DNA of 64,000 nt from Octopus vulgaris (taxonomy: Eukaryota), in contig OX597830.1 of NCBI GenBank assembly GCA_951406725.2, positions 54,250,001-54,314,000 on the forward strand. The letters are read 5' to 3'. The notes beneath the pieces are model-generated. The model saw only the letters and a list, made by a program, of their open reading frames with translations, searched no databases and was not told the origin of the DNA. Made by a program: the position numbers and the translations under genes. Position 1 is the first letter of the stretch; every line of letters begins with the position of its first letter. Below are positions 52,321-64,000 of this stretch, in pieces.

Positions 52321-53361
52321 TAAAAAGTGAAAAAACTACAGAAGGCTTGTTTTGAAAGGTTAAAGAATATATATTTAAGTCAATATGTCTGAAGAATATT
52401 ATAAATTTTTTTCTTACAATGACATAGTTTAGAAGAAAGACCGGTTTCGCGTTTAGCTTTTCAAATTTCTTACGTCGTTATGTTTATGTTTAGAAGAGTT
52501 ATCGTTATGTTTATGTTGAAAAGAGTTCTAAATAAGGGGAGGTAATAAGTGATTTCTTCCGGTGTAAGGGAGATAATCGCTTAAAATTTTTTTCCTTTCC
52601 TTTGGGGTGAATTTCTCTGTATAAGTATGTTGGGATGGTTAAGTCTGGGCTTGTACTTTTCAATGAAGAATGTTTCCTTGTTTAATCTAGTTTGTGTTGA
52701 TGATCCGATAGCACATTGGTAAAATGGAAAGATTAAAAATTGTGGTAGTAGTTGCTTTGCGCATTTCTCAATGTGCTCACTAAAAGGTCATAAAATGCTC
52801 GGGCTGCAACCAAGACTACGTGGGATCCACGGGACTATCACTCAGAAGTAGATGCACACTGCATCGACAACAGATTGCATTCCCAGAATACAGAATGATA
52901 CCTTTTAGTGAGCACATTGAGAAATGCGCAAAGCAACTACTACCACAATTTTAAATCTTTCCATTTTACCAATGTGCTATCGGATCATCAACACAAACTA
53001 GACTAAACAAGGAAACATTCTTCATTGAAAAGTACAAGCCCAGACTTAACCATCCCAACATACTTATACAGAGAAATTCACCCCAAAGGAAAGGAAAAAA
53101 TTTTTAAGCGATTATCTCCCTTATACCGGAAGAAATCACTTATTACCTCCCCTTATTTAGAACTCTTTTCAACATAAACATAACGATAACTCTTCTAAAC
53201 ATAAACATAACGACGTAAGAAATTTGAAAAGCTAAACGCGAAACCGGTCTTTCTTCTAAACTACGTCATTGTGAGAAAAAAATTTATAATATTCTTCAGA
53301 CATATTGACTTAAATATATATTCTTTAACCTTTTAAAACAAGCCTTCTGTAGTTTTTTTCA

Positions 53362-53367
<6 letters not shown>
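52321..53367 (+). mobile_element. 5'-truncated Penelope-like element with inverted pLTR (arms of about 467 bp)
   Basis: 52321-52788 is the reverse complement of 52900-53367. Region 52789-53050 encodes the GIY-YIG C-half IKCSGCNQDYVGSTGLSLRSRCTLHRQQI...SEHIEKC...KETFFIEKYKPRLN. A decayed hammerhead lies at 53217-53255. Flanked by (TA)n. Confidence 0.85.
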
Positions 53368-53402
<35 letters not shown>

Positions 53403-53450
53403 GACACAGTTCCCTGTCTTCTGTCTTACATGTTTTAACCCCAGGTTGGC

Positions 53451-53527
53451 CCTCGTTGAAGAAGATCAGACCTTGTGAGTTCCTATGACTTGCTAAAAGA
53501 AGATCAGAAACCAATATTGGTTCGGGG
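53451..53527 (+). ncRNA. Hammerhead-like motif (C3 to U) in a TA-flanked cassette of about 270 bp
   Basis: CCUCG UUGAAGA a GAUC...GAUC a GAAAC CAAUAUUG GUU CGGGG, with a palindromic stem III. Confidence 0.45.
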
Positions 53528-53660
53528 TAATAAATGGTAAATGTTTTTCATTTTCAAATTTTTGCTCCTGTCGAATCTTATCCATTTTTTTGTGGCTCTC
53601 TAATGCGCTGAATCTTCACCCTAGGTGTAGATTCCTTATGTGTATAATTTTACACTATCG

Positions 53661-53702
<42 letters not shown>

Positions 53703-53857
53703 AAAGTCTTTGTGAAAAATTGGCTAATACAAGTTTTATGTATAAAAAGGAGCTTTTAAAAAGTATTAATTTCTAAAAAAATGTTATAAATCTTTTATCA
53801 TTGTTAGAAGACGTTTTTTTCCTAGAAACAATGCTACTTTCACATCGCATTACAAGA

Positions 53858-54763
53858 TTAATTTATTTCAGTTAACTCGTGAGAGGGATGATCTTTATGC
53901 TTTTTACATTTCTCTGAGCATAATTTCCGAATACTTTGTGTTATAGTGAAATCAAAAAGCCACAAAAACGGCAAAAGCAGGAAGCTGCCAAGACTTATGA
54001 CTCGATACACGACGAATAAAGGAGAACGGTAATGCCCCAATAACCCATCATCCTTAAGAATGACTAAAATTAACAAAATTATAGTCACTGCAGTAATAAT
54101 AATCAAAGTTATCAATGGTGATTTCATCATCTCTTGTTCTTTACTCTTGATAGCAATGTAGATCAACAGGCCTACAAACACTAACATTGCAATCACCAGC
54201 AGAATACTTATTATAGATTGAGCAACAATGACATTACTATATAAGTAAGGAAAGCAAACACCAGTAGAAAAGTTGGAAAAAGCTAGAATGATTACCAAAT
54301 TTTTGATACAAATAAAGACCCACAAAATCCCTATCAATACGGATTGGATAATTAGGAAAATTTGATTTTCATATTTGCTTGGCCTAAAATACTTCACAAT
54401 AAACTCGCAGCAAAGTGGGAAAATGAAATACTTATCACCATCGTTAACCACAAAAGCTAATATATTGATAAATACGCAGTGAGATTTTGGCAAATCTCGA
54501 ACTATAAAGACATGCAAACTCTGAAAATAAACAAACAAAGCAACGAGAGTATAGTTCAGCAAATAGTTCAGTAGTGACAAAGAGCGCGTTTTCCCGTGAG
54601 ATTTGCGATCTAGGAAAATGGCGACCATTAGAAATATGTTGAACAGAATAACTATGATTATCGATATACAGACGAATATGTTCAACCGTCCAGCTGCATC
54701 ATTTCCGAAGACTGAAACTTTGTAGTCGTAATCATAGCTGTAATTAGCTGAAATATCTTCCAT
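53858..54763 (-). CDS. Orphan 7-TM class A-like GPCR, paralog 5 (301 aa)
   Basis: Intact ORF with the same motif set (PLCCEFIVKYFRPSKY, LLPFLWLFD, HELTEIN). Its 5' flank is homologous to paralogs 3 and 4. Confidence 0.92.
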   Translation of the reverse strand: MEDISANYSYDYDYKVSVFGNDAAGRLNIFVCISIIIVILFNIFLMVAIFLDRKSHGKTRSLSLLNYLLNYTLVALFVYFQSLHVFIVRDLPKSHCVFINILAFVVNDGDKYFIFPLCCEFIVKYFRPSKYENQIFLIIQSVLIGILWVFICIKNLVIILAFSNFSTGVCFPYLYSNVIVAQSIISILLVIAMLVFVGLLIYIAIKSKEQEMMKSPLITLIIITAVTIILLILVILKDDGLLGHYRSPLFVVYRVISLGSFLLLPFLWLFDFTITQSIRKLCSEKCKKHKDHPSHELTEIN

Positions 54764-54796
54764 ATTATCTTTTGGGTGGTTAAAATTGTCTCAAGC

Positions 54797-54826
54797 CTGA
54801 AATGAAGACAGTAAAAGAAATGAAGA
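54797..54826 (-). promoter_or_regulatory. Putative 3' splice acceptor (paralog 5)
   Basis: Minus strand reads tcttcatttcttttactgtcttcatttcAG, 33 nt before the ATG. Confidence 0.7.
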
Positions 54827-55149
54827 AATCTGAAATGAAGAAATATTTCATTATATACTTGTAATGGTAATTGAATTATTATGAAAAAATTATTTAATAG
54901 AGTAAAACATTGGGAGACATTAATTAATAATAATTAGTTATAGATGCGTTAAAGTAAAGATCTGTTGTTTCTTTATGTGCGTGTGAAACTAATCACAAAT
55001 TTGTTATTATGGCTTCATGTCTATAAACGGCTGAAACCATTCCACAAAACATACATTGTAAATAATCTTAGGAAACGCATGAATGTCAAAACATAACATT
55101 GACCACATCTATAAAGTATAATGGTATGTGACTTAGGCGTAGAAGACGA

Positions 55150-55900
55150 AAATCTGCATTGGGGAAAGTTCAAACCGCTACCATAAAATATGGCTTCAAC
55201 TGTGCTTCGAAGAACTTAATCTATGTTCTCGAATGTGGAGGGTGTGGTGGGGACTACATAAATCAAACTAGCTTAACTTTGAGGAATAGACTTACAGTGC
55301 ACAGGCAACAAATCCGGGACTCCACCACTAGGAAAATTCCCGTAAGCAAGCACCTAGATTAATGCCCCGTAGACACAAACCCTTAATACCAAATCTTCCC
55401 TCTCTATCAATGGACTGGATACACTTCAAACCAATTCCGCTGAAATAAGGAAGACATACTCATTAAAGAATATAAACCACAGCTGAATATCCGTTAGAAA
55501 GAAGAATAAAAACAGTAAAAAGAAACGAAAAATACTCAATTTCTCCACAAAAAACAAGCAGGAACAACTTTTAAAAACTTTAGTAACAGGCTTCCACCCG
55601 GATTTCGAAACCGCAACTCCAAATCATCATACAAATATCAGTTGCCGACGTCACCTACCTCTTGACCAATGAAATTTTACAAACACTAGTTGCTGACGTC
55701 ACCTAATCAAAACCGAACTTCAGCAAATGCAACGAAATGACCCTTTATGAAAACCAACCAACAGGAACGACTGATGATCGTCTCCACAGGGAAGCCAACC
55801 AGGCAGAACGACAAGTTTGATCACTGGAAAAACAAGACGTCACCAGTATTTTAACGAATCAAAAATCAGATCCGCTCGCGGGAAAATTATAAATACACCT
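55150..55900 (+). mobile_element. Penelope-like element 3' fragment (GIY-YIG endonuclease)
   Basis: FNCASKNLIYVLECGGCGGDYINQTSLTLRNRLTVHRQQI...VSKHLD...KEDILIKEYKPQLN, with in-frame stops. Confidence 0.8.
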
Positions 55901-56102
55901 GATTCCAAAACATACTACTACAAGCGGAAGCGTCTATGGAAAGAGGATAAGAGAAACTGTAAACCAAATTCCTTTTTTTTTTACTATTTAGATTTCTCCC
56001 TTGTTTTTTCCCCCTTAACTCAGTATGACTTGCCGATCATCACTAACATTAATGAGCTTTATACATTTAAACAAATTGATATACAGTTTTAATATTATTG
56101 AC

Positions 56103-56840
56103 TGCACGCCGGGCGAAACGCTTAGCGGTATTTCGTCTGCCGTTACGTTCTGAGTTCAAATTCCGCCGAGGTCGACTTTGCCTTTCATCCTTTCGGGGTC
56201 GATTAAATAAGTACCAGTTACGCACTGCGGTCGATGTAATCGACTTAATCCGTTTGTATGTCCTTGTTTGTCCCCTCTGTGTTTAGCCCCTTGTGGGTAA
56301 TAAAGAAATAGGTATTTCGTCTGTCTTTACGTTCTGAGTTCAAATTCCGCCGAGGTCGACTTTGCCTTTCATCCTTTCGAGGTCGATTAAATAAGTACCA
56401 GTTACGCACTGGGGTCGATATAATCGACTTAATCCGTTTGTATGTCCTTGTTTGTCCCCTCTGTGTTTAGCCCCTTGTGGGTAATAAAGAAATAGGTATT
56501 TCGTCTGTCTTTACGTTCTGAGTTCAAATTCCGCCGAGGTCGACTTTGCCTTTCATCCTTTCGAGGTCGATTAAATAAGTACCAGTTACGCACTGGGGTC
56601 GATATAATCGACTTAATCCGTTTGTATGTCCTTGTTTGTCCCCTCTGTGTTTAGCCCCTTGTGGGTAATAAAGAAATAGGTATTTCGTCTGTCTTTACGT
56701 TCTGAGTTCAAATTCCGCCGAGGTCGACTTTGCCTTTCATCCTTTCGGGGTCGATAAATCAAGTACCAGTTGCGTACTGGGGTTGATCTAATCGACTGCT
56801 CCCCCAAAATTTCGGGCCTTGTGCCTTGAGTTGAAAAGAA
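56103..56840 (+). mobile_element. SINE family B with about 3.5 tandem 184-bp units
   Basis: GGTATTTCGTCTG occurs at 56127, 56311, 56495 and 56679. Confidence 0.9.
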
Positions 56841-57114
56841 TGCAGCTCAAAGGTTACCGTTTTAACACCGTTGTCGAGATCCGGAACGAATCGCAGAAGG
56901 TCCTCGACTCGCTTACGGAAAACGTTGGGACCGGAGTATTGCCGTGCATGGTGACTATTTCGACGGAGATGATGTTAAAACTTAAGTAAATGAGTTATTT
57001 TTTGCTATATTTTTCACAACTAGTCCGAGTGCTTTTTGATACCACCTCGTAAAGCGTGACTAAAGAAATCAACCGAGTAACAAATATTTATATCGGCTCT
57101 TATTATATACAGAT

Positions 57115-57641
57115 TGTTGTTGTGTTGTGATCCCCTTCGGTCACGACACAGAACATGGGATTGCACCTAGAAAGTTACCCTTCGAGGCACAAGTCCGGAC
57201 AAGGTTGTTTATGGAAGACCAGTAGTTGCCCATGCATACTGGCTTTCCCTCTCCACGCCACCTATGTTATCGAAGGGAAAGGCAAAGGCCGATACAGCTT
57301 GGCATCAGTGACGTCACAGCTCATTTATTAACGTGCAAGTGGCTGAGCACTCCACAGACACGTGTACCCTTAACGTAGTTCTCGGGGAGATTCAGCGTGA
57401 CACAGAGTATGACAAGGCTGGCCCTTTGAAATACAGTTACAACAGAAACAGAAAGAAAGAGTGAGAGAAAGTTGTGGTGAAAGAGTACAGCAGAGTTCAC
57501 CACCACCCCCTGCTGGAGCCTCGTGGAGCTTTTAGGTGTTTCTGCTCAATAAAAACTCACAATGCCCAGTCTGGGATTCGAAACTGCGATCCTACGACCG
57601 CGAGTCCGCTGCCCTAACCACTGGGCCATTGCGCCTCCACA
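57115..57641 (-). mobile_element. tRNA-derived SINE, family C
   Basis: Minus-strand head GGAGGCGCAATGGCCCAGTGGTTAGGGCAGCGG...GTTTCGAATCCC, with an (ACA)n-like tail. Confidence 0.75.
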
Positions 57642-58239
57642 TATACAGATTAAATTTAAGCAAATTGTAGATGCATCATGTCACGTATGAGTTTTCTTCC
57701 CTGTAATAACAGGGCAGTGGTAGAGAAAATAATTCTAGAGAATCTGCAGTGTGCTAAAGGTTAATAAGAAGCAGTGATTTAGCAGAAATAATGGAGTGTG
57801 CTCGATTCGATCTCTATTCACTTGTACCGCTTATAATACCGAGGCAAAAAATTGAATAATCACAACAACAGCCATTTTAACTAACACAACAGTCTTCTTA
57901 ATTTGTCGCCTTGCGTCGAAAAGAGAAACAATTATTCCGTATTTGAATTCTTGCTGGTGGTTAGCTCACAGGAATAATTTTGGATATTTGTTAAATGCAA
58001 GCCTAATCAATTTCAGTTTTGGGTTATATATAATTAGAGGATAAATGTAATAATTAGCTGAAGTAGGGCTGTATACAAAAGTTAAATATCACATTGTCAA
58101 ACAAAGGAGAACAATAAATAATTACAGTTAGTTAGAGAAAGGAATCACGGTAAAAAAATAATCACGGTCAAATTTCTCTGGGTGGATTCAGTGATGATAA
58201 AATCGTCAATTATAAGGCTGGTATGCTGGAGAGGGAGGA

Positions 58240-59105
58240 AACTACATGCATGCAGTACCCGGACTGTTGCCATAGTAACGAAGCTAAAGCACGCAGAATA
58301 GAGCCGCTTGGCACAGATAGATCCTGAACTCTGTTTTAATGTTGTAACTCACTCCCGCTGTTTACAGCAGTGCTTGGAAGGAAGGTTTGTAGCGTGTGAT
58401 TGTTGCATTGACCATGAATCTGCGTCAAATTTTGCCAAAAGCTTGGCGATATCTGTTCAGAAGCCTACGCAAGGTTGCAGCAAGTGTATGGAGAGGAGTA
58501 TATGAACCGAAAAAATATCGATAGTGACGAACGTTCTGAGAGACCCACAACCAACGGAACGGGGAAAAGCGTCGCAGATATGCGTGCGGCTGTGAGGGCA
58601 AATCGTCGAGTCACCAACTGTGAGTTATCAGAAGATGTGTAGATTAGTTATGGTTCGGTTCAGTTCATTATCACTGAAGATTTGGGTATGAAACGCGTGT
58701 CTGCCAAGTTTGTGTCAAAACTACTTTCAGCTTGCAACGCACTTGCCCATTCAGCGCAGTTTGTGCAGCAGTTTTTTGGCTAGACACAGCATTCCCCAGG
58801 TCCGACAACCACCGTATCCCCTAAATCTTGCTCCTTGTGACTTTTACGTTTTTCCAAAAATCAAGTCCTGCTTGAAAGGAAGAAGATTTCAGGACGTCGA
58901 GGAAATCAAAGTGAATGCGACGATGCAGCTGCTGATTATCCCAGAAAACGAGTTCCAGGAATGCTTCCATCAAAGGAAACAGCACTGGCTTACGTGTGTA
59001 GTTTCTGAAGGGGATTACTTTGAAAGAGATTAAATACCAAATTGGTACCTGCTGTAGTTTTGTTTTTATAGCACCAGTCTGGATACTTATTGATCAAACA
59101 TCCTA
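58240..59105 (+). mobile_element. Internally deleted mariner element
   Basis: EDLGMKRVSAKFV, QPPYPLNLAPCDFYVFPKIKSCLKGRRF (YSPDLAP(S/C)D motif) and CVVSEGDYFE. A smaller mariner end lies at about 56840-57050. Confidence 0.85.
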
Positions 59106-59185
59106 TATTTGTATATATTTACATACATATATGTACATATATGCACTCATTGATATTATTTGGAATGTGAAGTTGTATATAAAAA

Positions 59186-59556
59186 CTAGCAGTATCGCCC
59201 GGCGTTGCTTTAGAATTGGAATTTTTGAAAAGTAAAAATTTTGCCTTATGTAGCTTGTTATTCTCTTTAAGTGAACATTTTTCTGGTTGAAATACACGAA
59301 AAATGGCGACACAGCAGTAAAAAAATCGTAAAAAAATAGGGATTTTCATAGAAAAAAAGCACCTTTTTGATGTAAATAATTGTTGGTGTTAACATGGGCC
59401 GATTTGAATTTTTTCTTCCACGGAAGGAAGAGCAAGCCTTCTATCATACACTCAATTTTGGTCAACTTGCGTCGCAGGGTCTCGGAGGAGATAGTGCTAG
59501 TTGAAGTCTACCAAACCTGCCATACACACAGACAACTTCAGCTTTATATATATAGA
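59186..59556 (-). mobile_element. Non-autonomous Helitron (same family as 7697-8051)
   Basis: Reverse-complement homolog with TC...CTAG termini. Confidence 0.75.
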
Positions 59557-60454
59557 TAATATAACATTAAAATGGAGGACCACTCAGTGCTGTTTAGTAA
59601 AGTACATATCTATTAGAAAAATGTGTTGGCGGGCACCAACACTTTTTCTGTAAAATAGGGGTAGTTTATCCTGTTCAGGCTATATTATTAGCATTATCCT
59701 ACGTTTAGGAATTTAAAAAATATCTTCTTCAACTTTCTAAGACATATCAACGCTTCTAAACGAAACTTCGTTTGTTTGTTTGCTTTCATCGTAATTTGAA
59801 TTTAACATATTTATTAATTTTTACATGGAAAAGGTTGAGAATCACTTCGAAATTTTGGCTTATCAAACGGCACCACTGTTCTTTCTGGTTTTTATATAGT
59901 TTTTCAGTAACCACCCTTTAAATTAACGTATGGAGTATCTGTTTTATTTTTTATTATCAACGCGACGTTCCCTGAGCGGCCTGACATTAACTAAGCAACA
60001 GATAACTCTGTTGGTAGTCAATTATATGAAAATGCATCCCAGCATACAAATGTATATAATGTATAAATGTATTATTTGAAGTGTAACATTTCCGTTATTT
60101 GTTAATAGAAAACATGGTTGCAGAGGAATGGTACGGCAGTGACTGAGTGGCATTTGCATGAGCCAAGGCTGTTCCAAGAAGCAAAGACTATTATAACATT
60201 TCAGATATCATTCTATTCTTCGTATGATGTATAGACTTTACTACTGTTGATCAGGGTTTATCCCGTTTCTAATCGCTCCTACTTACTCTTCGGTGCTATA
60301 CCCTATATTTTACTTCTAGCATTTAATATTTCTTTCTGTTATGTCCTATTACATTTTGGTCGAAATGGCGTGCATCCATTTCTCAATGATATTAAGGGAT
60401 TTATCAATGTCATTTCAACTTATTTTGGTTATTGTCTAGCTATGAACTCCTTAC

Positions 60455-60658
60455 TCTTACTCTTTTACTCTTTTACTTGTTTCAGTCATTTGACTGCGGC
60501 CATGCTGGAGCACCGCCTTTAGTCGAGCAAATCGACCCCGGGACTTATTCTTTGTAAGCCCAGTACTTATTCTATCGGTCTCTTTTGCCGAACCGCTAAG
60601 TGACGGGGACACACCAGCATCGGTTGTCAAGCAATGCTTGGGGACAGACACACAAACA

Positions 60659-60706
<48 letters not shown>

Positions 60707-60878
60707 CATATATACGACAGGCTTCTTTCAGTTTCCGTCTACCAAATCCACTTACAAGGCATTGGTCGGCCCGGGGCTATAGCAGAAGACAATTGCCCAA
60801 GATGCCACGCAGTGGGACTGAACCCGGAACCATGTGGTTGGTAAACAAGCTACTTACCACACAGCCACTCCTGCGCCT
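60455..60878 (-). mobile_element. tRNA-derived SINE, family A (full length)
   Basis: Reverse-complement full-length copy with a (GTAAAAGA)n-like tail. Confidence 0.85.
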
Positions 60879-61777
60879 ATGCCACTCCTGCGTAAATATC
60901 TGAGAAATCTACAATGACATACTTCGTTTTTGTATTTGGTTTGTAAGATTCTTTAGGTGAATTCGTGTGGTGAAGAAAATTTTGTTGTGTCAGAAGAGTG
61001 ATATTGTCTTAATGCCTTATCAAAGACATTCGCCGGTTCGATGTCTACTCATTTATAATTTATATTTTCTTGCCCAAAATTTTCGTTGCTTTCGCAAACT
61101 TGTCAATGGATGTTGACTCTGTCCGTTATTGGAGCTGTGTTCTTTTGTCTGTTTGTGCGCATGCGTGTGTGTGTGTGTGTGTGTGTATGTCTGTCTGTCT
61201 GTCTATGTCAGCGTGCATGTGTGCTTGTGTATGCACATATGTAAGCATGTCTCTGAAACAGTTGATAATTCATCCTTACAACTGGAAAGGTTACAGAACG
61301 CAATCAATTCAGCTTAATTGTCTCACTTATTATATTCAGAACAGATTGAATGTCACAGCATCGCATTTAGCCATGCCCACAGATTTTTAAATATGCTGTC
61401 TCGTGTTTAAGTGATAAATTATTATTCCTTCTTTGAGTTCTCAACGACCATTATTTCTCTGAAAGAACAATTTATATTAATGTGTGCTATACGAGAGTTT
61501 AATTATTTCCAGTTCTGGGCTATGTATAATTAGAGAATAAACAAAAACATTTACTAAAGCAAAGGTTTTATGCATGATCAATAATATATTTGACATTTAC
61601 ATAATACACGTTCACTTTACTAAATTTATACTCGAGCTAAGCTCGAACAGCCCGAGTGCCGGAGTCGCCACTGATAATTATTTTATACTGATCTTGCTTG
61701 CATGTAAAACACTGTATTTGAATGACATTTATAGAAGATTTATATAGTTTTAGTTATTATATATACGGATTACAGCA

Positions 61778-61818
<41 letters not shown>

Positions 61819-61855
61819 AATTAACAGGAGATGGATTAAGTATTAAATCTTTATT

Positions 61856-61904
61856 ACGTACGATATATGTTTCGACCCATCAGTCTGGGTCTCATCAGGT
61901 ACAT
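61856..61904 (-). ncRNA. Type I hammerhead ribozyme (one mismatch in stem III)
   Basis: Minus strand: AUGUAC CUGAUGA GACCCA gacuga UGGGUC GAAAC AUAU AUC^ GUACGU. Confidence 0.7.
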
Positions 61905-62185
61905 CGATAAAGATATCTCTCACAACACATTTTTATTGTCGGCTGACTTGTTATATATCCATCAAGTTAGAAAATTAATGAAAGCAAATAATATTACTGG
62001 AACGCAAAACATTACATTCAAATACGAACGTGAAATGCTTGAGTTCCTGTTTAGATGAAATTGCCTAATCAGCTTTCGCTGCCATAACTACTTAGAGGAA
62101 AAGAAAATAGGAGAAAAGAAAACTTATTCATCGTAAAGTATTTTTATGTTCATACATATACATACAGACAGATAGACAGAGACAC

Positions 62186-62236
<51 letters not shown>

Positions 62237-62379
62237 AATAAAAACACACACCCATATATACAAATACACACACACATATATATGTACATATATAAATATA
62301 TATACATACACATAAATATACATACGTAGATCCAGACATGCACATACATAAAGACAGATACACACACACACACACACAC

Positions 62380-62446
<67 letters not shown>

Positions 62447-62450
<4 letters not shown>

Positions 62451-62983
62451 ACTAAATTTATCCAGCTATTGTGTATCTAGTGCACTCTTCGCCTTGAATG
62501 TAATGATATATGTATAATATATGGCGTGTACTGGTACACCGGCGATTATAATTAATTTTATTGTATCGCATTTATCTTTGTTTACATATTCTCTCGATAA
62601 ATTTCTGACCGTTAGACGATATACCACAATCCCCTATTTTGTCGGGTTTGTTCTGAGTCTGCGCAGTGTTTTGAATAGTTTAGAAAGAGCATTTCGATAG
62701 ACGCACATGGGTCTATTGATATGGTCTTCCCATCATTAACAGGAATCTTACTGAAGAGCCAGCCTGAGTAAATAAATACTATTTTTATTACTGAATTTGG
62801 CGAAACTGCAGTATAAGAAAAGTTAAGTTTGTAAAAGTTTTTAATTTTCATCTCACTAAATTTATCCAGCTATTGTGTATCTAGTGCACTCTTCGCCTTG
62901 AATGTAATGATATATGTATAATATATGGCGTGTACTGGTACACCGGCGATTATAATTAATTTTATTGTATCGCATTTATCTTT

Positions 62984-62988
<5 letters not shown>
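62447..62988 (+). mobile_element. Retrozyme/pLTR-like element: 404-bp period with about 140-bp direct terminal redundancy, flanked by (TA)n
   Basis: TCTCACTAAATTTATCCAGC...TTTATCTTTGTTTA occurs at 62447 and again at 62851, with a hammerhead between the two copies. Confidence 0.7.
62746..62818 (+). ncRNA. Type I hammerhead ribozyme
   Basis: UCUUA CUGAAGA GCCA...(extended stem II)...UGGC GAAAC UGCA GUA^ UAAGA. The core is intact and loop 3 is palindromic. Confidence 0.8.
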
Positions 62989-63029
<41 letters not shown>

Positions 63030-63031
<2 letters not shown>

Positions 63032-63700
63032 TCCTGGATTCTCAGAACTTTCCAGTCGAGAGATATCCACACCATTATCCTTCTCTTCTCCGCTTTTGCC
63101 CGACCCCACCTTGAATACTGTTGTCCACTGTGGTCTCCCCACACAATACAAGGTATCATAAAAGTTGAAGCACCTCAAAGGGCAATCACAAAAAAGATAG
63201 ATGGCATGACATGCCTCGACTATTGGGGTTGACTAGAAAAGCTAAAACTTTATTCTCTCCAACGTCGTCGTGAGCGCTACATCATCTGCATGATGTGGAA
63301 AATATTCCATCAGCATTGCCCAAATGATGTTGGCATCACCTTTAAGGTACATCCAAGGCTTGGGCCCCGTGCCATCCGCCCAAAACAAAAATCGCACTCT
63401 CATCTCATAACAACAATACGGCACAATTATTTCACCTCAATTGGCCCCGCTCTCTTTAACATTACACCAAAACACATTAAAACAGAAACTGACCCTATAG
63501 GGTTCAAGAAGTCTTTGGACAGATTCCTTCAAGAAATCCCGGATAAACCCCCTACACCCGGATATGTCTCTGTAAACAATAACTCTCTACTTGAGTGGGC
63601 CATAGTGCCCAAATTCTGACTTGAAAGACTTCACCAGGTGGTGCTATTAAGTTGGACATGGCCTGGGCCAATAATGGCCGAAACCTATCAAAGTATCAAA

Positions 63701-63701
<1 letters not shown>
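63030..63701 (+). mobile_element. 5'-truncated CR1-group LINE 3' end
   Basis: WILRTFQSR..ARPHLEYCCPLWSP..VEAPQRAITK..LYSLQRRRERY..FKKSLDRFLQEIPDKP, with a (TATCAAAG)n tail. Confidence 0.85.
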
Positions 63702-63782
<81 letters not shown>

Positions 63783-64000
63783 CTCTCTTCGATACTTCAT
63801 GAGTGTAGCCTCACCCCCTAGGATGTTTGGAAAACTCATGTGTTTTGGCTGATGAATACGGGACACTTGTATTTGCTGCAATATTTGCAGCTTTTAATAA
63901 AGCTGTTCTTCGTATGAAACAATTGTACTGAACAACTAATCCATTCTTGTTGCTTTTTTCTTGGTTATATATATATACACCTACATACATACATACATAC

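Noticed and set aside
45360-57641. Functional tRNA genes at about 45360-45433, about 57565-57641 and other A/B-box sites
   Set aside because: They lack a clean acceptor stem and run directly into repeat bodies, so they are SINE heads.

Overview
This is AT-rich, microsatellite-saturated eukaryotic DNA. Its SINE, Penelope and microsatellite content looks like a coleoid cephalopod, most likely Octopus (inferred, not searched). The host genes are five paralogous, co-oriented minus-strand 7-TM receptors, each with a single coding exon of 297-311 aa (10862-11797, 27018-27911, 35399-36316, 47479-48399, 53858-54763). They have a class A (rhodopsin-like) GPCR scaffold but lack the canonical activation motifs: Arg3.50 of DRY is Phe/Tyr, D2.50 is lost, NPxxY is (L/I/V)PFxW, and there is no CWxP. 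They carry Tyr/acidic N-termini, and each has a TTTCAG splice acceptor 23-33 nt upstream of its ATG. The intergenic DNA holds tRNA-derived SINEs, LINE fragments (CR1-group, RTE, Tx1-like, R4/Dong-like), Penelope-like elements, mariner/Tc1/hAT remnants, MITEs and Helitron/Helentron-type elements. It also holds many type I hammerhead ribozyme motifs. These include a 352-bp tandem repeat with two intact hammerheads (retrozyme-like), a 404-bp unit with an intact hammerhead, and a tRNA-headed SINE ending in a hammerhead motif. All motif calls and alignments were made by eye; repeat boundaries are approximate.
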